NCBI GenBank assembly: GCA_964016885.1
Contig: OZ024740.1
Location: 1-64,000 of the forward strand
Length of the DNA: 64,000 bases
DNA from: Eledone cirrhosa
Taxonomy: Eukaryota
Direction: 5' to 3'
Numbering within the stretch: the stretch's first letter is position 1; every line of letters starts with the position of its first letter. The notes under the pieces are model-generated. The model saw nothing but the letters and a program-made list of their open reading frames with translations. It had not been told where the DNA came from and searched no databases. The translations under genes were made by a program, and so were the position numbers. Below are positions 49,430 through 59,273 of the stretch, piece by piece.

Positions 49430-52400
49430 TCATCATCATCATCATCATCACCGTTTTACGTCCGTTCTTCCACGCTAGCATGGGTTAGACGGGTTGTCCT
49501 GTTGTGGGCAGTGTCTGGTCGGCTGACCATGCCTTGCTCATACAGGAACTGATCTGGCTTGATTTCTACAGCTGGATGCCCTTCCTAACACCAACCTCAT
49601 TTACAGTGAGTGCTGGGTGCTTTTTCGTGGCGCCTACACGTCCACTTTACAGTGTGGGCTGGGTGCTTTTTTGCCGTGGCACCTCCACGACCACCTTGCG
49701 GTGGGGGGGGGGGGGCATATTGTTTATATGCTTCAGCATGTACCCATGGGAGGTCGGGTACCCTGTATTACTGCGTGACGCCAGAAGTCACGGTCGTGTG
49801 TCATTGACTTTGAGAGGTGTAGTTGGGTAAGGTCGGCTTTTATCACCTCATCCCAAGTCATCTTGGGTCTCCCCACTCCGCGGTTTCTATCAACTTCTAG
49901 TGCTCTGCACCTTTTTATGCAGCTGTCATCCTTCATACGCATCACATGTCCATACCAGCGTAACCGCCTCTCCTGCACGCAGCATTTGATTCCTCTTATG
50001 CTCAGTCTCTCTCTCAATTCATTTATGCTTTGTCGTTCACGTATATTACTGTTACACATCCATCGGAGCATGCAGGCTTCGTTTCTCTCTAATCTACGTA
50101 AGTCTTCCACCTTCAGCGCCCAGGTCTCACTACCATGCAACATCGCTGTTCGGATACACGCATCATACAGTCTGCCTTTCATTCTGAGGGAGAAGCCTTT
50201 TGCAGCTAGCAGTGGTAGTAGTTCCCTAAACTTCTTCCATCCCGTTCTTACCCTAGTTATTGTACTTTCTGAGCACCCACCTCCGTTGCTAATTCGGTCA
50301 CCTAGGTAGCAGAAGCTGTCTACTGTTTCTACAGGGCCCTCCCAGAGATTGGTGGTACTTGTTTCCTGTGGCTGTTTGCTTGCTGTTTCAGCACAGCTGC
50401 TGCATGTGAATCCTACATTCTTAATTAAGCTTCCTGAGATCCCGCTACATCTCTTGTGTACCCATTGTTTGCATTTGGGGCAAAGAATGGAGTTCCTACC
50501 TACACCTTTCCTACATACTGAGCAAGGCCATTTCCCTGAGGGGATCTGGGTTCTGTTTTCTCGTCTACTTATAAGGACCTTAGTCTTTGTCATGTTGACT
50601 TTGAGGCCCTTTCTCTCTAGTCCCTGCTTCCAGGTTTGGAATTTATTCTCTAGTTCTACCATAGATTCAGCTATGAGTGCGAGGTCATCAGCATACAGGA
50701 GTTCCCATGGGCATCCGGTCTTAAACTCCTCCGTTATTGCCTGCAGGACTATGATGAACAGGAGAGGGCTAAGAACAGAGCCCTGGTGGACCCCAACCTG
50801 TACGCTAAATTCCTCGCTATACTCATTGCCAATCCTAACTTTGCTGACTGCTCCCCTATACATGGCTTGTACCGCTTTCACAAGCCATTCATCTACTCCT
50901 AGTTTTCTAAGAGCCCACCAGATTACTGCACGTGGAACTCTGTCAAAGGCTTTCTCAAGGTCGACAAATGCCAAGTAGAGTGGCTTACTTTTAGCTAGGT
51001 ACTTTTCCTGTAATTGCCTCACAAGGAAGAGCGCATCAGTGGTGCCTTTCCCTGGAACAAACCCAAATTGCATCTCGTCTATATTCACCCGGTCCCTAAT
51101 CAGCTGTGCTATAACTCTTTCTGTTACTTTCATGACCTGGTCCATCAACTTTATACCTCTATAGTTTCCTCTATCTAGTGCATCGCCTTTACCTTTGTAG
51201 CAGTTGACAATGATGCTACTGCACCAATCTTTTGGTATGGCCCCCTCTAGTATTACCTGGTTAACGATACGTGTGGTTATAGTGTGACCTACAGACCCAG
51301 ATGCCTTCAGCATCTCGGCAGCTATACCCGATGGACCGGTTGCCTTCCCTATCTTCATATCTCTGATTGCCTTACTTACTACGCTGCCGCTGACTTGTAC
51401 TGCTGGCCCCTCTATAGGGTCTACGTGGGGTAGGGTCTCTTCTTCCCATGCATTCTCCTCATTTAGTAATCTATCATAATGACTCTTCCATGCATCTTTC
51501 TTCTCAGCACTTGTGAGGGCAAGCTCACCTTTATCATTCCGGATACACTTCTCTCCAATGACATCACAACTATCTCTGACACACTGCCTCGCAATCTTGA
51601 ATACCTCCTGTTTCTGGTCCTCACGTTGTAAAACATGCTTGAATTTTCTATCCTCTGCTTCCCTCCTAGCTAAGTATACTTGTCGCCTAGCTTCCCTCTT
51701 GGTCTCTATGTAATGTACCCTGCTCCCCCCGTTCTTCCATTCTTTCCATGCCTGTCTCTTGGCCTTGACTGCTTCATCTACCTTATTGTTCCACCACCAA
51801 GTCACTCTCCTCCTGCTTGAGGTCTTACTCCAGCCACAAACCTCATCCGTCGCCTCTAGTAAGTTATTTTTTAGGAGCTCCCAGTTCTCTTCTACGTTAA
51901 ATGTCTCTATCTGTTCTTCTTTACTGTCGTAGGCGTTGAGTAAAATATCTTTAAATCTGTTACTGGTTGAGGGGACTTTCAGCTTCCAGATCTTTCTTCT
52001 CCAGGTTGGCCTCTGTTTCAGGGCTCGTCTAGTTCTGACCGTGAGGTCGCTGACAACTAAGCTATGTTGGGATGTACATTCCTCACTAGGGAAGGCTTTT
52101 GTGTTTACGACCGTCCATCTGTCACGTCCTCTGATGAGAATAAAATCTAACTGACTAGAGTGCTCCCCTGATCTATAGGTGATCAGGTGGTTGTCGGGTT
52201 TTTTAAAGTTTGTGTTACATATCGACATGTCATTGGCGTCGCAGAATTCTAGAAGTCTGAATCCTTCCTCATTCCTTGTGCCAACTCCATGGCCTCCATG
52301 TACTCTATTGAAGCCGTCGCAGTGTTTACCTACGTGTCCGTTAAAATCTCCTGCAATGATTAGGAAGTCCTTGTCGTCTGTTAGAGCAGTAGTGTGTATT

Positions 52401-52708
52401 AGGGACTCGTAAAACCTATCCTTAAGTTCGTCTGGCAGCCCCGATTGGGGTGCGTAAGCTGATATTATTGTGGTAATTGTCTTATTCAGGACTAGTCTGA
52501 GTTTAATGATTCTTGCATTTACCCTGTACACTGAGATTACTTTATCTACCCACTTGTCAGCTAATAGTATACCTACACCACCCATCCCATCGTCATTTCC
52601 CACCCAGAAAAATTTGTAGCACTGGCTTTTTCCTACAAGGACTCTAGCAGACCCTCCTCTCCATCTAGTCTCTTGCACACAGCATACATCAACTTCCTTT
52701 CGCTCTAG
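49430..52708 (-). mobile_element. RTE subfamily B, slightly 5'-truncated young copy
   Basis: 981-aa open frame at 49733-52678 (APE + RT), near-identical to 55290-58409. (CAT)n tail at 49430-49450. Confidence 0.97.
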
Positions 52709-52725
52709 AAATGTATGTATATATG

Positions 52726-52780
<55 letters not shown>

Positions 52781-52787
52781 TTATATG

Positions 52788-52820
<33 letters not shown>

Positions 52821-53168
52821 GTATATATATATGTATATATATATGTATATATATATGTATATATATATATATGTAAAAACAAATAACGAAACGAAATTAA
52901 ATTTTGTTTCGTTTGTAACTCACTTTTGTATGACTGACGCTTAAACAATTAAGTTAAAAATGTACATCCACATATCTATACTGAAATACTAGTATGCATA
53001 TGAATACACACATGTATACATATGTAGATGTACCAAGTCTTTCACTGGTTACTTTACTGTGAGTATCCAGCTATTCTGTATGTAAACACACAGACAAACC
53101 GGTTTTTAGAGTCATACTGGTTTTTGAGGAAACACCTTTCCTCTATTCTCTAGAAAGCCAGACAAGGA

Positions 53169-53211
53169 ACATTGAACTAGTTTCGTTGTTGTTACAACTC
53201 ATCAGCAATAT
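53169..53211 (-). ncRNA. Type I hammerhead ribozyme (H2)
   Basis: Minus strand ATATTG-CTGATGA-GTTG taacaa CAAC-GAAA-CTAG-TT-CAATGT. Confidence 0.88.
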
Positions 53212-53634
53212 TTACCTATCTACCGGCCTTTCTGGTGAATCGTAAAAGCACATATCGTTATATGCTTTTTCTATGAAAATTAGTAGTGGGCAGACTAATT
53301 TGCATAGAGTGTGAGTACGTACCGGTTCAACGGAGACGATAAAAACAAATAACGAAACGAAATTAAATTTCGTTTCGTTTGTAACTCACTTTTGTATGAC
53401 TGACGCTTAAACAATTAAGTTAAAAATGTACATCCACATATCTATACTGAAATACTAGTATGCATATGAATACACACACGTATACATATGTAGATGTACC
53501 AAGTCTTTCACTGGTTACTTTACTGTGAGTATCCAGCTATTCTGTATGTAAACACACAGACAAACCGGTTTTTAGAGTCATACTGGTTTTTGAGGAAACA
53601 CCTTTCCTCTATTCTCCAGAAAGCCAGACAAGGA

Positions 53635-53677
53635 ACATTGAACTAGTTTCGTTGTTGTTACAACTCATCAGCAATAT
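53635..53677 (-). ncRNA. Type I hammerhead ribozyme (H2)
   Basis: Identical motif, 466 bp from the previous copy. Confidence 0.88.
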
Positions 53678-53955
53678 TTACCTATCTACCGGCCTTTCTG
53701 GAGAATCGTAAAAGCACATATCGTTATATGCTTTTTCTATGAAAATTAGTAGTGGGCAGACTAATTTGCATAGAGTGTGAGTACGTACCGGTTCAACGGA
53801 GACGATAAAAACAAATAACGAAATTAAATTTTGTTTCGTTTGTAACTCACTTTTGTATGACTGACGCTTAAACAATTAAGTTAAAAATGTACATCCACAT
53901 ATCTATACTGAAATACTAGTATGCATATGAATACACACACGTATACTAGTTTCGT

Positions 53956-55047
53956 TGAAAATATTGAAGAGATAAGACACTTTCCCATTCTTCTCTGCTA
54001 GAATGTATCACTAGAGCTGATTCCAATTTTTCAGCCATCCATCTAATCTACGAAGGTATTTTAGCCTACATATTGTCGTTAATATTATGATGTTCCCTGC
54101 TGTATTAGCGTGAAATTTTCCCTGCTGTATTAGCGATAAATTTTCGAGGGTTTCTCTTAGTAGTTTTTCATGACGTTATTATTGTTAATTTTACTGATGT
54201 AGTATTAACTTATTAACTTGGATATTTACCATGCGGTATTCTAATCCTATTGTATCTCTCTCAGTTATTTACCATGCGACCCTCAGTTCCTACCCCCCCC
54301 TCTCTATGCACTTCTTTAAGGCTTACTACCCTGTCTTTAACCTAATTCATTCAATCTGAAAATATTGAAGAGATAAGACACTTTCCCATTCTTCTCTGCT
54401 AAAATGTATCACTAGAGCTGATTCCAATTTTTCCAGCCATCCATCTAATCTACGAAGGTATTTTAGCCTACATATTGTCGTTAATATTATGATGTTCCCT
54501 GCTGTATTAGCGTTAAATTTTCCCTGCTGTATTAGCGATAAATTTTCGAGGGTTTCTCTTAGTAGTTTTTCATGACGTTATTATTGTTAATTTTACTGAT
54601 GTAGTATTAACTTAGTAACTTGGATATTTACCATGCGGTATTCTAATCCTATTGTATCTCTCTCAGTTATTTACCATGCGACCCTCAGTTCCTACCCCCC
54701 CCCTCTCTATGCACTTCTTTAAGGCTTACTACCCTGTCTTTAACCTAATTCATTCAATCTGAAAATATTGAAGAGATAAGACACTTTCCCATTCTTCTCT
54801 GCTAAATTGTATCACTAGAGCTGATTCCAATTTTTCCAGCCATCCATCTAATCTACGAAGGTATTTTAGCCTACATATTGTCGTTAATATTATGATGTTC
54901 CCTGCTGTATTAGCGTTAAATTTTCCCTGCTGTATTAGCGATAAATTTTCGAGGGTTTCTCTTAGTAGTTTTTCATGACGTTATTATTGTTAATTTTACT
55001 GATGTAGTATTAACTTGGATATTTACCATGCGACCCTCAGTTCCTAC
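53956..55047. repeat. ~402-bp tandem repeat, 2.7 copies
   Basis: TGAAAATATTGAAGAGATAAGACAC starts at 53956, 54357 and 54760. Confidence 0.95.
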
Positions 55048-55289
55048 CTCACAATTTCCCTCCCCCCCCACCCCCACACACCACCATAGTCTATTCGACC
55101 AATGAAACCTAGCATGCCATTTCCACTGCTGCTGCTACTACCTGCCTAACTAACTCTCTCCTCCTCTGGCGCATCCCAACACACCCTGCGATTACCCCAC
55201 CACCACTGTTCTTCTAGCCCTCAATTTTCCCACCGTTATGGATGAATGAGCTGGGAATACACGAGCAACTCTGAATCAATAGATGAAAT

Positions 55290-58200
55290 ATGAATCTGCG
55301 AGCTACCAAGCACCCACGTGAAGCGCCAACCCAGAGACCCTCCCCTACGAGTGTCGACAAATGCCCAAAACTCCGAGTTGGTACCATCAATGTAGGCTCA
55401 ATGAAAGGAAGAGCAGGAGAAATCGTAGAAATGCTAGAGCGAAAGGAAGTTGATGTATGCTGTGTGCAAGAGACTAGATGGAGAGGAGGGTCTGCTAGAG
55501 TCCTTGTAGGAAAAAGCCAGTGCTACAAATTTTTCTGGGTGGGAAATGACGATGGGATGGGTGGTGTAGGTATACTATTAGCTGACAAGTGGGTAGATAA
55601 AGTAATCTCAGTGTACAGGGTAAATGCAAGAATCATTAAACTCAGACTAGTCCTGAATAAGACAATTACCACAATAATATCAGCTTACGCACCCCAATCG
55701 CGGCTGCCAGACGAACTTAAGGATAGGTTTTACGAGTCCCTAATACACACTACTGCTCTAACAGACGACAAGGACTTCCTAATCATTGCAGGAGATTTTA
55801 ACGGACACGTAGGTAAACACTGCGACGGCTTCAATAGAGTACATGGAGGCCATGGAGTTGGCACAAGGAATGAGGAAGGATTCAGACTTCTAGAATTCTG
55901 CGATGCCAATGACATGTCGATATGTAACACAAACTTTAAAAAACCCGACAACCACCTGATCACCTATAGATCAGGGGAGCACTCTAGTCAGTTAGATTTT
56001 ATCCTCATCAGAGGACGTGACAGATGGACGGTCGTAAACACAAAAGCCTTCCCTAGTGAGGAATGTACATCCCAACATAGCTTAGTTGTCAGCGACCTCA
56101 CGGTCAGAACTAGACGAGCCCTGAAACAGAGGCCAACCTGGAGAAGAAAGATCTGGAAGCTGAAAGTCCCCTCAACCAGTAACAGATTTAAAGATATTTT
56201 ACTCAACGCCTACGACAGTAAAGAAGAACAGATAGAGATATTTAACGTAGAAGAGAACTGGGAGTTCCTAAAAAATAACTTACTAGAGGCGACGGATGAG
56301 GTTTGTGGCTGGAGTAAGACCTCAAGCAGGAGGAGAGTGACTTGGTGGTGGAACAATAAGGTAGATGAAGCAGTCAAGGCCAAGAGACAGGCATGGAAAG
56401 AATGGAAGAACGGGGGGAGCAGGGTACATTACATAGCGACCAAGAGGGAAGCTAGGCGACAAGTATACTTAGCTAGGAGGGAAGCAGAGGATAGAAAATT
56501 CAAGCATGTTTTACAACGTGAGGACCAGAAACAGGAGGTATTCAAGATTGCGAGGCAGTGTGTCAGAGATAGTTGTGATGTCATTGGAGAGAAGTGTATC
56601 CGGAATGATAAAGGTGAGCTTGCCCTCACAAGTGCTGAGAAGAAAGATGCATGGAAGAGTCATTATGATAGATTACTAAATGAGGAGAATGCATGGGAAG
56701 AAGAGACCCTACCCCACGTAGACCCTATAGAGGGACCAGCAGTACAAGTCAGCGGCAGCGTAGTAAGTAAGGCAATCAGAGATATGAAGATAGGGAAGGC
56801 AACCGGTCCATCGGGTATAGCTGCCGAGATGCTGAAGGCATCTGGGTCTGTAGGTCACACTATAACCACACGTATCGTTAACCAGGTAATACTAGAAGGG
56901 GCCATACCAAAAGATTGGTGCAGTAGCATCATTGTCAACTGCTACAAAGGTAAAGGCGATGCACTAGATAGAGGAAACTATAGAGGTATAAAGTTGATGG
57001 ACCAGGTCATGAAAGTAACAGAAAGAGTTATAGCACAGCTGATTAGGGACCGGGTGAATATAGACGAGATGCAATTTGGGTTTGTACCAGGGAAAGGCAC
57101 CACTGATGCCCTCTTCCTTGTGAGGCAATTACAGGAAAAGTACCTAGCTAAAAGTAAGCCACTCTACTTGGCATTTGTCGACCTTGAGAAAGCCTTTGAC
57201 AGAGTTCCACGTGCAGTAATCTGGTGGGCTCTTAGAAAACTAGGAGTAGATGAATGGCTTGTGAAAGCGGTACAAGCCATGTATAGGGGAGCAGTCAGCA
57301 AAGTTAGGATTGGCAATGAGTATAGCGAGGAATTTAGCGTACAGGTTGGGGTCCACCAGGGCTCTGTTCTTAGCCCTCTCCTGTTCATCATAGTCCTGCA
57401 GGCAATAACGGAGGAGTTTAAGACCGGATGCCCATGGGAACTCCTGTATGCTGATGACCTCGCACTCATAGCTGAATCTATGGTAGAACTAGAGAATAAA
57501 TTCCAAACCTGGAAGCAGGGACTAGAGAGAAAGGGCCTCAAAGTCAACATGACAAAGACTAAGGTCCTTATAAGTAGACGAGAAAACAGAACCCAGATCC
57601 CCTCAGGGAAATGGCCTTGCTCAGTATGTAGGAAAGGTGTAGGTAGGAACTCCATTCTCTGCCCCAAATGCAAACAATGGGTACACAAGAGATGTAGCGG
57701 GATCTCAGGAAGCTTAATTAAGAATGTAGGATTCACATGCAGCAGCTGTGCTGATACAGCAAGCAAACAGCCACAGGAAACAAGTACCACCAATCTCTGG
57801 GAGGGCCCTGTAGAAACAGTAGACAGCTTCTGCTACCTAGGTGACCGAATTAGCAACGGAGGTGGGTGCTCAGAAAGTACAATAACTAGGGTAAGAACGG
57901 GATGGAAGAAGTTTAGGGAACTACTACCACTGCTAGCTGCAAAAGGCTTCTCCCTCAGAATGAAAGGCAGACTGTATGATGCGTGTATCCGAACAGCGAT
58001 GTTGCATGGTAGTGAGACCTGGGCGCTGAAGGTGGAAGACTTACGTAGATTAGAGAGAAACGAAGCCTGCATGCTCCGATGGATGTGTAACAGTAATATA
58101 CGTGAACGACAAAGCATAAAGGAATTGAGAGAGAGACTGAGCATAAGAGGAATCAAATGCTGCGTGCAGGAGAGGCGGTTACGCTGGTATGGACATGTGA

Positions 58201-58409
58201 TGCGTATGAAGGATGACAGCTGCATAAAAAGGTGCAGAGCACTAGAAGTTGATGGAAACCGCGGAGTGGGGAGACCCAAGATGACTTGGGATGAGGTGAT
58301 AAAAGCCGACCTTACCCAACTACACCTCTCAAAGTCAATGTCACACGACCGTGACTTCTGGCCTCACGCAGTAATACAGGGTACCCGACCTCCCATGGGT
58401 ACATGCTGA
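55290..58409 (+). CDS. RTE ORF: APE endonuclease + reverse transcriptase with inserted PHD-type finger
   Basis: 1039 aa uninterrupted: GTINVG, QETRW, AYAPQ, GDFNGH, QLDFIL, SQH; RT DLEKAFD, QGSVLSP, YADD; C4HC3 cluster; YLG. Confidence 0.97.
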   Translation: MNLRATKHPREAPTQRPSPTSVDKCPKLRVGTINVGSMKGRAGEIVEMLERKEVDVCCVQETRWRGGSARVLVGKSQCYKFFWVGNDDGMGGVGILLADKWVDKVISVYRVNARIIKLRLVLNKTITTIISAYAPQSRLPDELKDRFYESLIHTTALTDDKDFLIIAGDFNGHVGKHCDGFNRVHGGHGVGTRNEEGFRLLEFCDANDMSICNTNFKKPDNHLITYRSGEHSSQLDFILIRGRDRWTVVNTKAFPSEECTSQHSLVVSDLTVRTRRALKQRPTWRRKIWKLKVPSTSNRFKDILLNAYDSKEEQIEIFNVEENWEFLKNNLLEATDEVCGWSKTSSRRRVTWWWNNKVDEAVKAKRQAWKEWKNGGSRVHYIATKREARRQVYLARREAEDRKFKHVLQREDQKQEVFKIARQCVRDSCDVIGEKCIRNDKGELALTSAEKKDAWKSHYDRLLNEENAWEEETLPHVDPIEGPAVQVSGSVVSKAIRDMKIGKATGPSGIAAEMLKASGSVGHTITTRIVNQVILEGAIPKDWCSSIIVNCYKGKGDALDRGNYRGIKLMDQVMKVTERVIAQLIRDRVNIDEMQFGFVPGKGTTDALFLVRQLQEKYLAKSKPLYLAFVDLEKAFDRVPRAVIWWALRKLGVDEWLVKAVQAMYRGAVSKVRIGNEYSEEFSVQVGVHQGSVLSPLLFIIVLQAITEEFKTGCPWELLYADDLALIAESMVELENKFQTWKQGLERKGLKVNMTKTKVLISRRENRTQIPSGKWPCSVCRKGVGRNSILCPKCKQWVHKRCSGISGSLIKNVGFTCSSCADTASKQPQETSTTNLWEGPVETVDSFCYLGDRISNGGGCSESTITRVRTGWKKFRELLPLLAAKGFSLRMKGRLYDACIRTAMLHGSETWALKVEDLRRLERNEACMLRWMCNSNIRERQSIKELRERLSIRGIKCCVQERRLRWYGHVMRMKDDSCIKRCRALEVDGNRGVGRPKMTWDEVIKADLTQLHLSKSMSHDRDFWPHAVIQGTRPPMGTC

Positions 58410-58913
58410 AGCATATAAACAATATGCCCCCACTCCCCCCACCGCAAGGTGGTCGTGGAGGTGCCACGGCAAAAAAGCACCCAGCCCACACTGTAAAGTG
58501 GACGTGTAGGCGCCACGAAAAAGCACCCAGCACTCACTGTAAATGAGGTTGGTGTTAGGAAGGGCATCCAGCTGTAGAAATCAAGCCAGATCAGTTCCTG
58601 TATGAGCAAGGCATGGTCAGCCGACCAGACACTGCCCACAACAGGACAACCCGTCTAACCCATGCTAGCCTGGAAGAACGGACGTAAAACGGTGATGATG
58701 ATGATGATGATACATATGTAGATGTACCAAGTCTTTCACTGGTTACTTTACTGTGAGTATCCAGCTTTTCAGTATAGATATGTGGATGTACATTTTTAAC
58801 TTCATTGTTTAAGCGTCAGTCATACAAAAGTGAGTTACAAACGAAACGAAATTTAATTTCGTTTCGTTATTTGTTTTTATCGTCTCCGTTGAACCGGTAC
58901 GTACTCACACTCT

Positions 58914-58946
58914 ATGCAAATTAGTCTGCCCACTACTAATTTTCAT
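58914..58946 (+). promoter_or_regulatory. Paired octamer-like motif upstream of the H2 hammerhead
   Basis: ATGCAAATTAG-tctgcccacta-CTAATTTTCAT. A related motif occurs in H1 (34559-34592), and ATGCAAAT occurs twice in H3 (32381, 32447). Confidence 0.45.
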
Positions 58947-59007
58947 AGAAAAAGCATATAACGATATGTGCTTTTACGATTCTCCAGAAAGGCCGGTAGA
59001 TAGGTAA

Positions 59008-59050
59008 ATATTGCTGATGAGTTGTAACAACAACGAAACTAGTTCAATGT
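59008..59050 (+). ncRNA. Type I hammerhead ribozyme (H2, sense to ELP2)
   Basis: ATATTG-CTGATGA-GTTGtaacaaCAAC-GAAA-CTAG-TT-CAATGT. Stem I is extended by TTCTCCAGAAAG..CCGG / CTGGCTTTCTGGAGAA. Confidence 0.88.
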
Positions 59051-59273
59051 TCCTTGTCTGGCTTTCTGGAGAATAGAGGAAAGGTGTTTCCTCAAAAACC
59101 AGTATGACTCTAAAAACCGGTTTGTCTGTGTGTTTACATACAGAATAGCTGGATACTCACAGTAAAGTAACCAGTGAAAGACTTGGTACATCTACATATG
59201 TATACGTGTGTGTATTCATATGCATACTAGTATTTCAGTATAGATATGTGGATGTACATTTTTAACTTAATTC

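Larger units (their letters stand above)
52874..53946 (-). mobile_element. Family H2: tandem ~466-bp hammerhead-bearing units (~2.3 copies)
   Basis: Units start at ~52876, 53341 and 53807. Each full unit carries one hammerhead. Confidence 0.9.
53947..58710 (+). mobile_element. Full-length RTE subfamily B insertion, with tandem ~402-bp monomers at its 5' end
   Basis: It splits an H2 unit (…CACGTATAC | TACATATGTAG…, ATAC duplicated). Intact ORF, 3' UTR and (GAT)n tail. Confidence 0.9.
58711..59272 (+). mobile_element. Remainder of the H2 array (58711-58766) and its inverted arm (58767-59272)
   Basis: Orientation switches at CCAGCT|TTTCAGTATAG. Confidence 0.9.
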
